From Hyalangium minutum (lineage in GTDB: Bacteria; Myxococcota; Myxococcia; Myxococcales; Myxococcaceae): a stretch of 64,000 bases of DNA. The notes under the pieces are model-generated. The model was not told where the DNA came from. It did no database searches and saw nothing but the letters and a program-made list of their open reading frames with translations. Positions 49,101 through 61,483 of the stretch are shown in pieces. The translations under genes and the position numbers were made by a program. Where the stretch lies: NCBI RefSeq assembly GCF_000737315.1, contig NZ_JMCB01000007.1:186001-250000 (forward strand). Direction: 5' to 3'. Every line of letters starts with the position of its first letter. The first letter of the stretch is position 1.

Positions 49101-49288
49101 GCATCAAAGGATGCCACCGACAGCAGAGAGATGAGGGATGCGGCGAGGATGAAGACGCCCAGCAGCGCCTTCCGTCCCGTCCCCCCCGTCTGCATCTTCT
49201 TCTCCGCCAGCGCCTTGCGACGCGTAGCGATGTCCTGCCTCGACAGGACCGTCTTCTCCGCCCTGGTGGACGACTTCCTGGCCGCCAT
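46133..49288 (-). CDS. ftsK: DNA translocase FtsK
   Basis: N-terminal 4TM domain, PGPVVTMYE, Walker A GTTGSGKS, IIDELADLM, ATQRPS, gamma domain LQRKMRIGYNRAAR. Start moved to ATG 49288. Confidence 0.95.
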   Translation of the reverse strand: MAARKSSTRAEKTVLSRQDIATRRKALAEKKMQTGGTGRKALLGVFILAASLISLLSVASFDAHDRVGPGFRNLVGPMGHLVAESLRGLLGVCAYLVPSCGLYAAAVIFVGNRERRRLPQIVALTMLTISVAVLAQLIFGGDPGWAHPPGGAVGASLGGLMQGLFSTVGTVILVTAVSVAALIVGTQYTFLKLCALAWAGLSVLGRQAQESFVAFLEAQKVAYKERQERLEQEKQEEAAFLAQLEADEEELEEAERDAAEAEAAEAEAMAEEAVRLAREQEKEQLQLAKKTAKETKEAAREARLKEKETPDELPSGAPVLALPEKLEKLEKRPAPGADPAWASFLAPTPAVPAAANAAPSEPPRKRERKGPNIVTPPAASNSVPPVPASALAASAAAAEPVPAAAANPLAALAAAPPTAAPAAASPAAIVPAPASALARMPLIVEPKAPPKPTAPKKKENEFEFVGGRKSFSLPPLDVLECDKKERSELDKDAFLVTAEKLRAKLADFGIQGEVVEIRPGPVVTMYEFLPGPGIKVSKIAALADDLAMAMEAMRVRIVAPIPGKGVVGIEVPNKDRETVYLKEIAEQDAFQKGSSRLTMCVGKDIEGMPYVFDLAKAPHLLIAGTTGSGKSVAVNSMIMSILLKSTPEEVRFIMVDPKMLELSVYEGIPHLLLPVVTDPKKAALALRWAVEEMERRYQMLSEAGVRNIAGFNKLVESTATVVSTAEKPAAEKKPSKPKNVLVVDVAQDEAAPAAAAATSDEGPGVAAPKDDLEDMREAVASEPEPTEAAQDDAENEAGELEAQESSENEEAAADSAEPAEPEKKELKKLPYIVVIIDELADLMMVASREVETYVARLAQMARAAGIHLMVATQRPSTDVVTGIIKANFPTRISFMLRSKPDSMTILGTVGAEALLGMGDMLIMPPTSAHLQRVHGAFVSETEIKRAVDHLKAQGKPVFDESILKPRDEDVESGGEEDELSDELYDQALATVSEMRAVSISMLQRKMRIGYNRAARMIERMERDGVVGPADGAKPREVLIRAVGDMPGAGAM

Positions 49289-49463
49289 GACCTTCCTCTT
49301 GAGACTCGTAGCAGGCTGTAGCGACTGCCCGGGCGAGTGTAGGGAGGGTGGGGGACGGGTCAATTTTCCGGCCGTTGGATGCACGGCAGGGCGCTCACCA
49401 ATTTGAGGCCCTACGGCTCTGGAGTCAGTATGGTGCCCGGACCGAAGAGGGCAGGCGGGGTGC

Positions 49464-50867
49464 ATGGACGTCCGATGCGAGCGCTGCAAGACGCAGTACG
49501 AAATCGATGACTCCCGGATTTCCGAGACGGGAGTTACCGTCCAGTGCACGACGTGTCACCACGTCTTCGTGGTGAAGAAGAAGGCACTGGTCGTCACGGT
49601 GCCGGTGAAGCCGGGACAGGTGCCCGCGGCGCCCGCAGCTCCAGGAGAGCCCACGGCGCCTCCTGTGGGGGGGCCTCCGCCAGGACTGCGCCCACTCTCG
49701 CCGCCCATGAGCACGCCGCCCCCGGTGACGGCTGCCCCCAGCCCGGAGCCTGCGGTCCAGGCTCCACCTTCGGCCTCGCCGCAGCCCTCCGCCCAAGTGC
49801 TGCCCCCAGCAGCTCCGGGGTCGCGCGAGTGGCGCCTCCGCCAGCCCAGCGGCAACACCTTCACCTTTAAGGACCTCACCACCCTCCAGAAGTGGATCGT
49901 CGAGCGCAAGGTGGCGCGCGATGACGAGATCTCCCTGACGGGAGAGACCTGGAAGCGGCTGGGGGACATCGCGGAGCTGGCAACCTTCTTTCAGGTGGTG
50001 GACGAAGCTCAGCGGGCCGTCGTGCTGCAGGCTCAACTGGGGATGACTCCAGGCACTGCGGCGCCCCTGGAGTCCGCTCCCGCCGCACGAAAAGGGAGCA
50101 AGCTGCCAGTTGTCCTCGTCGCGCTCCTGGCCCTGCTGGGGGTGGGAGCACTTGGGTACTACTACCTGGTGGTGATGCCTCGTCCGGAGGATGAGGCTCT
50201 GCGTGCGGAGGCCACCGCGCGGCTCGAAGCCGAGCGTCTCGAGAAAGAACGGCAAGCGCAGATCCGCGCCACCCAGGCCGCGGCAGAGGCCCAGCTTCGA
50301 GCCGATGCCGGGAGCACGCCAGCTCCCTCGGAGGATGGGGGAGTTCTGGCGGGGACGCCGGGAACAGGCGATGGCGGCACTTCGGAGGACGCCGGGACCG
50401 CCCAGGACGCTGGAACGAGCGTGGATGCTGGCACGGCCCTGGACGCCGGGCTCGTGGACGCGGGCGTCGCCACGGACGGGGGCGCGGTGAAGCGGCCCGC
50501 TCCCGTCCGGGACTTCGATTATTGGGTGGCTCAAGGAGATCGCCTGCGCGAGCGTGAGCGGCCCCAGCAGGCCCTGGATGCCTACGCGGAGGCGGCGGAG
50601 ATGGAGCCAGACCGGGCGGAGCCGTATGCGGGGCGGGGATTTGCCTACCTGGACCTGGGAGAGCCTCGTCAGGCGGAGACCGAGTTCAAGGAGTCCCTGA
50701 AAATCAACCCGAATTACGGGGATGCCATCATGGGACTTGCGGAGACCTACCGCTCCCAGGGAAAGAAGGCAGAGGCAATCCGCTACTACGAGCGGTACCT
50801 TGCGGTCCTGCCGAACGGCCCCGAGGCCGCGGTAGCACGCACCGCGATCGAGCGTTTGAAGGAGTGA
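49464..50867 (+). CDS. Zinc-ribbon (MJ0042-like) / GYF-like / TM / TPR protein
   Basis: CERC...CTTC ribbon, Pro-rich linker, WRLRQPSG...LQKWI...ISLTGETWKRL GYF-like segment, one TM helix, DAG repeats, three C-terminal TPRs. Confidence 0.8.
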   Translation: MDVRCERCKTQYEIDDSRISETGVTVQCTTCHHVFVVKKKALVVTVPVKPGQVPAAPAAPGEPTAPPVGGPPPGLRPLSPPMSTPPPVTAAPSPEPAVQAPPSASPQPSAQVLPPAAPGSREWRLRQPSGNTFTFKDLTTLQKWIVERKVARDDEISLTGETWKRLGDIAELATFFQVVDEAQRAVVLQAQLGMTPGTAAPLESAPAARKGSKLPVVLVALLALLGVGALGYYYLVVMPRPEDEALRAEATARLEAERLEKERQAQIRATQAAAEAQLRADAGSTPAPSEDGGVLAGTPGTGDGGTSEDAGTAQDAGTSVDAGTALDAGLVDAGVATDGGAVKRPAPVRDFDYWVAQGDRLRERERPQQALDAYAEAAEMEPDRAEPYAGRGFAYLDLGEPRQAETEFKESLKINPNYGDAIMGLAETYRSQGKKAEAIRYYERYLAVLPNGPEAAVARTAIERLKE

Positions 50868-50876
50868 GGAGAACAC

Positions 50877-51203
50877 ATGGCTGACTTCGACAAGCCGTCG
50901 TCCACCGAGGAGGAGTACTTCGCCCGCGAGGATATCGAGAAGAAGCGCAAGCTGGCGCTTCAGCAGGCGGAGGAACTGGCGGCCAAGCGCCGCGAGGAGC
51001 TGATGCAGCTGCACTACATGAAGTGCCCCAAGTGCGGCATGGACCTGCAGACGCTCAGCAAGGGCTCGGTGGAGATCGACACCTGCTTCAACTGCCACGG
51101 TGTGTGGCTGGACGCGGGTGAGCTGGAGTCCATCATCAAGCAGGGCCCCGAGGGGGGCGGCAAGGTGATGGGCGCCGTCCTCAACCTGTTCAAGCGCAAG
51201 TAG
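50877..51203 (+). CDS. zf-TFIIB-like zinc-ribbon protein
   Basis: MKCPKCG...EIDTCFNCHGVWLDAGEL. Confidence 0.8.
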   Translation: MADFDKPSSTEEEYFAREDIEKKRKLALQQAEELAAKRREELMQLHYMKCPKCGMDLQTLSKGSVEIDTCFNCHGVWLDAGELESIIKQGPEGGGKVMGAVLNLFKRK

Positions 51204-51218
51204 TCCGGAGTCCTCCGC

Positions 51219-51506
51219 ATGAAGCTCACGATCGAGCAGGTCCGCCATGTGGCCAACCTGGCGCGGCTGTCGCTGACGCCCGAGGAGGAGCAGCGCTACG
51301 CCACGCAGCTCTCCGCGGTGCTGGACGCGGTGGCGCAGCTGCAGGAACTCGACGTGAGCGGTGTGGAGCCCACCTCGCATGCCACGCTCGCGGCCTCGCT
51401 GTTGCGCGAGGACGTGACGCGGCCGTCGCTGCCGCCGGAGAAGGGGCTGGCCAATGCTCCTTCGAAGGTGGGCACCAGCTTCGCGGTTCCGAAGATCATC
51501 GAGTGA
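51219..51506 (+). CDS. gatC: Asp/Glu-tRNA amidotransferase subunit C
   Basis: [10 protein letters not shown]...LREDV...FAVPKIIE, directly upstream of gatA. Confidence 0.95.
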   Translation: MKLTIEQVRHVANLARLSLTPEEEQRYATQLSAVLDAVAQLQELDVSGVEPTSHATLAASLLREDVTRPSLPPEKGLANAPSKVGTSFAVPKIIE

Positions 51507-51510
51507 GGCC

Positions 51511-52971
51511 ATGGAGCTGACCGACCTGTCGATGCTGGAGCTGGCGGCGAAGCTGGCCGCGGGAGAGGTCTCCTCGGTGGAGGTGACGCGGGCGTGCCTG
51601 GCGCGCATCGCCCAGGTGGATGGGAAGGTGAAGGCCTTCCTGTGCCTGGACGAGAAGGGCGCACTGGCGGCCGCCGAGGCCAGTGACGCACGCCGAAAGG
51701 CCGGCAGTCCGGCCAGTCCGTTGGATGGGGTGCCCATCGGGGTGAAGGATCTCTTCCTCACGGAGGGCGTGCCGACGACGGCGGGCTCGCGCATCCTGGA
51801 AGGGTTCAGCCCTCCCTACGACTCGACGGTGGTGGGCCTGCTCAAGAAGGCGGGCCTGCCCATCGTGGGCAAGCTGAACCTGGACGAGTTCGCCATGGGC
51901 TCGTCCAACGAGAGCAGCGCCTACGGCCCCACGCACAACCCCTGGGCGCTGGACCGGACGCCGGGAGGCTCCTCGGGAGGCTCGGCGGCGGCAGTCGCGG
52001 CGCGCGAGGTGTTCGGCGCGCTGGGAACGGACACGGGCGGTTCCATTCGCCAGCCCGCGGCGTTCACCAACCTGGTGGGCATCAAGCCGACGTACGGGCG
52101 CGTCTCCCGCTACGGAGTCATCGCCTACGCCTCGTCGCTGGACCAAGTGGGGCCGATGGCGCGCACGGTGCCGGACACGGCGGCGCTGCTGCAGCTCATC
52201 GCCCAGCACGATCCGCTCGACTCCACCTCCGCGCCGGTGGAGGCGCCCAACTACAGCGAGGACCTTGAGGGCGGCGTGCGCGGTCTGAAGCTCGGCGTGC
52301 CGCGCGAGTACTTCATCGAGGGCATGGACCCCGAGGTGGAGGCCACGGTGCGCCAGGCCATGGCGGCCTACGAGCGCCTGGGCGCGACGCTGGTGGAAGT
52401 GTCGCTGCCGCACACGAAGTACGCGTTGGCCACGTACTACCTGCTGGCTCCGGCCGAGGCCTCCAGCAACCTCGCGCGCTACGACGGCGTGCGCTACGGG
52501 CTGCGCGCCAAGGACGCCAAGGGCCTGCGGGAGATGTACGGCCAGTCCCGGGACCGCGGCTTCGGCTCCGAGGTGAAGCACCGCATCATGCTGGGCACCT
52601 ACGCCCTGTCGGCGGGCTACTACGACGCCTACTACGTGCGCGCGCAGAAGGTCCGCACCCTCATCCGCCAGGACTTCACGAAGGCCTTCGAGCAGGTGGA
52701 TGCGATCCTCTCGCCGGCCTCGCCCGTGCCGCCGTTCAAGCTGGGCGAGAAGACGGACAACCCGCTGTCCATGTACCTCATGGACGTGTTCACGCTGCCG
52801 TGCAACCTGGCGGGGCTGCCCGGCCTGTCGTTGCCGTGTGGCTTCACGAAGTCGAACCTGCCCATTGGGCTGCAGATTCTCGGCAAGCCCTTCGACGAGG
52901 CGCGGCTCTTGCGCATCGCTCGGGCCTTCGAGCGTGAGCACGACTTCTCCCGCCGCCTCGCCCCGCTCTAG
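51511..52971 (+). CDS. gatA: Asp/Glu-tRNA amidotransferase subunit A
   Basis: Amidase signature [32 protein letters not shown]. Confidence 0.96.
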   Translation: MELTDLSMLELAAKLAAGEVSSVEVTRACLARIAQVDGKVKAFLCLDEKGALAAAEASDARRKAGSPASPLDGVPIGVKDLFLTEGVPTTAGSRILEGFSPPYDSTVVGLLKKAGLPIVGKLNLDEFAMGSSNESSAYGPTHNPWALDRTPGGSSGGSAAAVAAREVFGALGTDTGGSIRQPAAFTNLVGIKPTYGRVSRYGVIAYASSLDQVGPMARTVPDTAALLQLIAQHDPLDSTSAPVEAPNYSEDLEGGVRGLKLGVPREYFIEGMDPEVEATVRQAMAAYERLGATLVEVSLPHTKYALATYYLLAPAEASSNLARYDGVRYGLRAKDAKGLREMYGQSRDRGFGSEVKHRIMLGTYALSAGYYDAYYVRAQKVRTLIRQDFTKAFEQVDAILSPASPVPPFKLGEKTDNPLSMYLMDVFTLPCNLAGLPGLSLPCGFTKSNLPIGLQILGKPFDEARLLRIARAFEREHDFSRRLAPL

Positions 52972-52992
52972 AGGAGCGCCCCAGGTACCGTC

Positions 52993-54438
<1,446 letters not shown>

Positions 54439-54450
54439 GCCCGGGCCGCC

Positions 54451-55539
54451 TCACGCCTGTGGGGCGCGCGATGCGTTCCCGTGGAGGTCCAGGGGCACGG
54501 TGACGTGCAGGACGTCCTCTGCCCGGGGAGTCGCGGATTGGGCGAGGACCCGCACCTCGCCTGGGCGCACGCGCTCGAAGATGAGCGAGGGGGCCTCGAA
54601 GACGTTCTCGAAGAAGCTCCCGACGAGCTGAGGGTTCACCGCATAGCGCACGCGCTGGAGCGCCGCGAGCTGGGAGTAGAGCCCCTCGTTGAACCACTGC
54701 TCGCACCGCAGTTGCGTCTCTCCGGGGGCGTTGAACGCCCACGGTCCATCCCAAGCCCACGCGTTGGCCGAGGGCTGCGCGATGATGTCCGCCCCCAGCG
54801 CATCCAGCACCCGCGCGGCGGGCACGAACGAGGGCTCCTGTGAGGTGTGGGCCTCGCGGAAGCCGTCGTAACAGATGAGCGTGCCGAGCCGGCCGAAGGG
54901 AGTGGGCACCACCTCCAATTCCTCGGGGCGCCCTGGGCTGAGGCGGACGACATCCTCTTGCGTGGGCACCAGGTTCACCTTCCGCGTCACCGCGACGCAG
55001 CGGCCCTCGGGAGAGAACGTGTAGCTCGTGTTGTACGTGCGCGCGTTCACCGGCACGAAGTCCTCGGTGTCCGCTCCGAGCTTGCTCCGGGGCAGCAGCG
55101 CACTCCCGCCGACAACCCACAGGCCGAAGTCCCGGGCTATTCCCGAGAACGTGCGCCACATGGCCCGGTGCACCCGGCCTGCCACGGCGGCATAGAGGCA
55201 CTCTTCGAGGGAAGACGGCCGGTAGCGCAGGGCCGCCGAAGCCAGCGCAAGGGCCTCGGTCAGGGCCACGCGGATCATGGCACCCTGGGTCGTCCGGGAG
55301 CGGCGCACTCGGTGGAGATGGCCCATGAGCCCCAGGGGAGCGCCGACCATCTCCGGCCAGACGGCCAGGGCCGGGTACAGCGGGCGCCCCAGCGCATCCC
55401 GAGCCCGGAGCGTATCGATTCGACGGGCGAGGGCGCGGTGCCGGTCAACGAAGCGCTCCTCGCTGGAGTAGTCCTCCAGCGAGATGCAGGGTTGGACAGC
55501 GAACAGCTCGACGTGCGTGCAGGGGAGGGGGGCGTCCAC
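54451..55539 (-). CDS. Nitrilase/carbon-nitrogen hydrolase family protein
   Basis: Glu-Lys-Cys triad: VWPEM, RKVNL, LICYDG. Confidence 0.8.
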   Translation of the reverse strand: MDAPLPCTHVELFAVQPCISLEDYSSEERFVDRHRALARRIDTLRARDALGRPLYPALAVWPEMVGAPLGLMGHLHRVRRSRTTQGAMIRVALTEALALASAALRYRPSSLEECLYAAVAGRVHRAMWRTFSGIARDFGLWVVGGSALLPRSKLGADTEDFVPVNARTYNTSYTFSPEGRCVAVTRKVNLVPTQEDVVRLSPGRPEELEVVPTPFGRLGTLICYDGFREAHTSQEPSFVPAARVLDALGADIIAQPSANAWAWDGPWAFNAPGETQLRCEQWFNEGLYSQLAALQRVRYAVNPQLVGSFFENVFEAPSLIFERVRPGEVRVLAQSATPRAEDVLHVTVPLDLHGNASRAPQA

Positions 55540-55552
55540 TGAGACGCCAATG

Positions 55553-56509
55553 CTACTTGATCAGCCCAATCTCCCTCAGGCGCTGCTGGAGGAACGTATC
55601 CGCGGTGATGGGAGGCAGGCCTGTGCCCGTGGCCGCCAGCGGCAGCGTCTCCAGCAGACAGTTCGGATACGGGTGCACGAAGAAGGGCATCGAGTAGCGC
55701 GTGGTGTCGTCCTCGGCGCTCTTCGGGTTCACCACGCGATGCGTCGTCGAGGGAATCACGTTGTTCGTCACGCGGCTGAGCATGTCGCCCGAGTCCACGA
55801 CGATCTGCCCGCGCAGCGTGTCCACGGGGATCCACTCTCCATCCCGCGTGAGCAGCTCCAGCCCCGAGGCGGTGCCCTCGCACAGCAGGGTGATGAGGTT
55901 GATGTCCTCGTGCTCGGCGGCGCGCACTCCGCCGGGGATGAAGCGCTCCTTCAGCGGCGGGTAGTGGATGAGCCGCAGGATGGAGTTACCGTCCTGCGCC
56001 ATGGCGCTGAAGGTGTCCCGCGCCACGCCAAAGTACTCCGCGAGTGCGTGCAGCATCACCGACGCTGCCAGGTCCAACTCGCCGAAGAGCTTCAGGGTGC
56101 TCTCCTTGAACGACGGCACCTCCTCGGGCCACACGTTGGGGCCATAGTGCGGAGAAAAGTGCGGGTGGGTGGGATTCAGTTCCCGGCCCACATGCCAGAA
56201 CTCCTTGAGGTCGCCCACGGTACGGTTCTTGGCGTGCTCCTGGCCGTAGCCCGTGTAGCCGCGCTGGCCGGCGCCACCGGGGACGGTATAGCGGCGCTTC
56301 TTGTCTTCTGAGAGATTGAAGAAGCGCTCTACGTCCGAGTAGGTGCGGCGGATGAGGCTGTCCTCGATGCCGTGGCCTTCCACGGAGACGAAGCCGAACT
56401 CCTTGAGGGCATCTCCGAAGACCTGGACGAAGCGAGCGCGTTCCTGTGGGGTCCCGGAACGGTAGTGGGCGAGGTTGACGAGCGGGATGCGACGGGCCGG
56501 GTTGGACAT
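55553..56509 (-). CDS. Isopenicillin N synthase-like 2-oxoglutarate/Fe(II) dioxygenase
   Basis: DIOX_N-like start (FGDALKEFGF), HEDIN (HxD), TTHRV (distal His), RYSMPFF. Confidence 0.88.
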   Translation of the reverse strand: MSNPARRIPLVNLAHYRSGTPQERARFVQVFGDALKEFGFVSVEGHGIEDSLIRRTYSDVERFFNLSEDKKRRYTVPGGAGQRGYTGYGQEHAKNRTVGDLKEFWHVGRELNPTHPHFSPHYGPNVWPEEVPSFKESTLKLFGELDLAASVMLHALAEYFGVARDTFSAMAQDGNSILRLIHYPPLKERFIPGGVRAAEHEDINLITLLCEGTASGLELLTRDGEWIPVDTLRGQIVVDSGDMLSRVTNNVIPSTTHRVVNPKSAEDDTTRYSMPFFVHPYPNCLLETLPLAATGTGLPPITADTFLQQRLREIGLIK

Positions 56510-56789
56510 GGTGCGTCACTCTACCTATCTCCTTGGATCTCTTGAGTGAAACCGTCCGTGCATCGGACGAGCCCGTCCGCTACCCTGGCGGACAGGGGGG
56601 CGCTCCTTCCGGGGCTCTTCACTCCAGGGTGGCGCTAGACCCCTGGGCCGCTTTAAAACTCCCACTTCTGGGGCAGGATGACGGCATCTGATCATGCGTA
56701 CGTTGGTAGAGACTGCCTGCAGGCACACGCCAACGCAGCGCACTGCATGAAGAGGCCTGTCCTGGGCCAGCGAGGATTGCGCACCCGCC

Positions 56790-58643
<1,854 letters not shown>

Positions 58644-58722
58644 GCCGGCGGAGCCCGGGCAAACGAAGGCCCCAGACACCCGCGAGCGGGGCTGGGGCCT
58701 GAGGAACTGCGGGGGGCTTCAG

Positions 58723-59127
58723 TTAGCGGGGGTTCACCAGGCGCGCGCCCTGGCGAACGCTGTCCTCGCCCACCGACGAGAGGCACGTGTCGCTGATGTT
58801 GGCGAGGTGGGAGAGCGCGCAGCCCGCGAACGAGTTGGTGAACTGCTGCTCAGTGGCCGCAGTGCACTTATCCAGATCCGCCACGCAGGAGTTGAAGTCG
58901 CGGATCTTGTCCTTGTCGGCATCCGTGCAGGACTTGGTCTGCTGCTCACACTGCTCGAGCTGCGCCTCCGTGGGCTCGGTGTACGGCGTGCCGTCGTTGA
59001 ACGACGAACAGGCCTTGGTCTTCTCGTAGAAGTCCTTGTCAGAGTCCGCCAGGTCATCGCACAGAGAACCACCACAGCCCATCAGGGACAGGGAAACCAC
59101 AGCGAAAGCACCGATCAGCCGCTTCAT
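58723..59127 (-). CDS. Small cysteine-rich lipoprotein
   Basis: MKRLIGAFAVVSLSLMGC lipobox; SD AAGGAG upstream; 8 further Cys residues. Confidence 0.75.
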   Translation of the reverse strand: MKRLIGAFAVVSLSLMGCGGSLCDDLADSDKDFYEKTKACSSFNDGTPYTEPTEAQLEQCEQQTKSCTDADKDKIRDFNSCVADLDKCTAATEQQFTNSFAGCALSHLANISDTCLSSVGEDSVRQGARLVNPR

Positions 59128-59262
59128 GTATTGACTCCTTGGTATCCAGCAAGTGAGGGCGCGCATCCTAGCGGGGGATTGGGGGCTGGCCAGAAATGCA
59201 TTCAAGCAGGCATCAGCTCCGCTGTTTGCTGTATGGATGTGGGCCTGAGCCCTGCATCTGCC

Positions 59263-59291
59263 TTGACTCCTAGGATCATCTCCCGTAGATC
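59263..59291 (+). promoter_or_regulatory. Putative sigma70 promoter of rplU-rpmA-obgE
   Basis: TTGACT, 17 nt, TAGATC. Confidence 0.4.
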
Positions 59292-59384
59292 GGCCCTCCT
59301 TTGCGTATGCGGACGGCCAGCCGTCCGGAATGCGCGGTGGATTCCACGGGTTGACCCAACCCGAATCGACTCGAGGGTTAGACG

Positions 59385-59693
59385 ATGTACGCAGTGATTC
59401 GCACGGGCGGTAAGCAGTACCGCGTGGCCGAGGGCGATGTCCTCCGCATCGAGAAGGTTGCGGGCAATGTCGGCACCGAGGTGACCTTCAACGACGTCCT
59501 CATGCTGGGCGGCTCGGACTCCCCGAAGGTGGGCCGGCCGACGGTGGGTGGCGCCAAGGTGGTGGGCAAGATCCTGGCTCAGGACAAGCACCGCCGCGTC
59601 CTCCATTTCCGCAAGGAGAAGGAGGGCTGGACGCGCCGCCGGGGTCACCGTCAGCCGTACACCGAGGTCAAGGTTACCTCCATCTCCGGCTAA
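59385..59693 (+). CDS. rplU: 50S ribosomal protein L21
   Basis: [14 protein letters not shown]...GHRQPYT. Confidence 0.97.
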   Translation: MYAVIRTGGKQYRVAEGDVLRIEKVAGNVGTEVTFNDVLMLGGSDSPKVGRPTVGGAKVVGKILAQDKHRRVLHFRKEKEGWTRRRGHRQPYTEVKVTSISG

Positions 59694-59752
59694 GGTCGGG
59701 TCAACTTTTCCCGGGCGCCGCGAGGCCGCTCGGTTCTCGTAGGACAGGTGTC

Positions 59753-60019
59753 ATGGCTCATAAAAAGGGACAAGGCTCGTCTCGCAACGGGCGCGACTCG
59801 AATTCGCAGCGCCGCGGTGTGAAGGTGTTCGGCGGCGAAGAGGTGTCGGCGGGGAGCATCCTCGTGCGGCAGCTCGGCACGGTCATTCACCCCGGCACCA
59901 ACGTGAAGTTGGGGCGTGACTACACCCTCTACTCCACGGTGGACGGAGTGGTGAAGTACGAGCGGCTCGGGCGCGACCGGAAGAAGGTCTCGGTCTACCC
60001 GGCCCAGGCGAGCGCCTAA
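59753..60019 (+). CDS. rpmA: 50S ribosomal protein L27
   Basis: [16 protein letters not shown]...ILVRQ. Confidence 0.97.
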   Translation: MAHKKGQGSSRNGRDSNSQRRGVKVFGGEEVSAGSILVRQLGTVIHPGTNVKLGRDYTLYSTVDGVVKYERLGRDRKKVSVYPAQASA

Positions 60020-60030
60020 GCGGCGTCTCC

Positions 60031-60131
60031 ACGGGCCTGCCCTCAGGCGGGCCCGTCTGCAAGCGAGCGGGTCGCTCCCGGTCCAACGCCAGAAGGCGGC
60101 TGGACGCGAGGGCGGCCCGTTCTGCGTTTTT
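60031..60131 (+). terminator. Two hairpins followed by a U-tract between rpmA and obgE
   Basis: Stem acgggcctgcc/ggcgggcccgt (60031-60056); long GU-containing stem 60065-60077/60110-60122 followed by tgcgttttt. Confidence 0.5.
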
Positions 60132-60168
60132 GAACATGGATCCCCCCTGAGCGGGGAGAGGCCAGCGT

Positions 60169-61479
60169 ATGAAATTCGTCGACGAAGTCCGCATCTTCGT
60201 GAAGGCGGGGGATGGCGGTCATGGCGCCGTCGCCTTCCGGCGGGAGAAGTTTATCGAGCGCGGTGGGCCCAGCGGCGGGGATGGGGGCAACGGCGGCTCG
60301 GTGATATTCGTGGCTGATCCGCAGCTCACCACGCTTTTGGACTTCCGCTACCAGCAGCACCACCGCGCCAAGAACGGCGAGAACGGGATGGGCAGCGACT
60401 GCAACGGGCGCGCGTCCGACGACCTGATTCTCAAGGTGCCGTCGGGCACGCTGATCCGGGAGGCAGACTCGGGCGAGCTGCTGGCGGACCTGAGCGAGCC
60501 GGGGCAACAGTATGTGGCGGCGCAGGGCGGGCGGGGTGGGCTGGGGAACATGAACTTCGCCACCTCCACGCGGCAGACGCCGCGGTTTGCCCAGGAGGGG
60601 ACGAAGGGCGAGGAGCGCACGCTGATCCTCGAGCTGAAGCTCCTGGCGGATGTGGGGCTCCTGGGCTTCCCGAACGCGGGCAAGAGCACGCTCATCTCTC
60701 GGGTGAGCCGGGCGCGGCCGAAGATCGCGGACTACCCGTTCACCACGCTGGTGCCGAACCTGGGCATGATCCAGTACAAGGACAACCTGTCCTTCGTGAT
60801 GGCGGACATCCCCGGGCTGATCGAGGGCGCCAGCGAGGGTGTGGGACTGGGGCACCAGTTCCTGCGGCACGTGGAGCGCTGCAAGGTGCTCATCCACCTC
60901 ATCGACCTGGGAGCGGAGGGCGAGGGGCGTGATCCGGTGAAGGACTACGACATTCTCAACCGCGAACTGGAGAAGTACAGCGCGGAGCTGTCGAAGAAGC
61001 CGCAGGTGGTGGCGCCCAACAAGGTGGACATCACCGAGGCGCGCGAGCGGCTGGAGAAGTTCACGGCGGCCATGCGCAAGCGCGGGGTGGCGGTGTTCCC
61101 CGTGTCCACGGCGACAGGCGAGGGGCTCCAGGCCCTGCTGGACGTCACGGCCGAGGTGCTCTTCACGGGCCGGACGGGCAAGCTCCAGGTGGAGCGGCCT
61201 GAGAAGCCCGCGAAGAAGGCTCCGGCCAAGAAGGTTTCCGCTGCGAAGCAGCCTGCCAAGAAGGCAGCGGTGAAGAAGGCTCCGGCCAAAAAGGCAGCGG
61301 CGAAGAAGGCTCCGGCGAAGAAGGCTCCGGCGAAAAAGGCTCTGGCGAAGAAGGGTGCAGCCAAGAAGGCTCCGGCGAAGAAGGCGGCAGCCAAGAAGGC
61401 GGCGGCGAAGAAGGCCCCGGCCCGTGGGAAGACGGGTGCGCGCGCGAAGACCGTGGCGAAGGCGGGGCGGAGGTCCTGA
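60169..61479 (+). CDS. obgE: GTPase ObgE/CgtA with Lys/Ala/Pro-rich C-terminal tail
   Basis: Obg fold GGDGG, G1 GFPNAGKS, G2 DYPFTT, G3 DIPG, G4 NKVD. Confidence 0.96.
   Translation: MKFVDEVRIFVKAGDGGHGAVAFRREKFIERGGPSGGDGGNGGSVIFVADPQLTTLLDFRYQQHHRAKNGENGMGSDCNGRASDDLILKVPSGTLIREADSGELLADLSEPGQQYVAAQGGRGGLGNMNFATSTRQTPRFAQEGTKGEERTLILELKLLADVGLLGFPNAGKSTLISRVSRARPKIADYPFTTLVPNLGMIQYKDNLSFVMADIPGLIEGASEGVGLGHQFLRHVERCKVLIHLIDLGAEGEGRDPVKDYDILNRELEKYSAELSKKPQVVAPNKVDITEARERLEKFTAAMRKRGVAVFPVSTATGEGLQALLDVTAEVLFTGRTGKLQVERPEKPAKKAPAKKVSAAKQPAKKAAVKKAPAKKAAAKKAPAKKAPAKKALAKKGAAKKAPAKKAAAKKAAAKKAPARGKTGARAKTVAKAGRRS
61201..61430 (+). repeat. 15-bp degenerate repeat encoding (A/P)AKKA pentapeptides
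   Basis: About 14 consecutive aagaaggc(t/g)(c/g)cggc-like units at the obgE 3' end. Confidence 0.85.
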
Positions 61480-61483
61480 AGCG

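Noticed and set aside
45938-49321. 1127-aa plus-strand ORF antisense to ftsK
   Set aside because: Shadow ORF; ftsK motifs are unambiguous on the minus strand.
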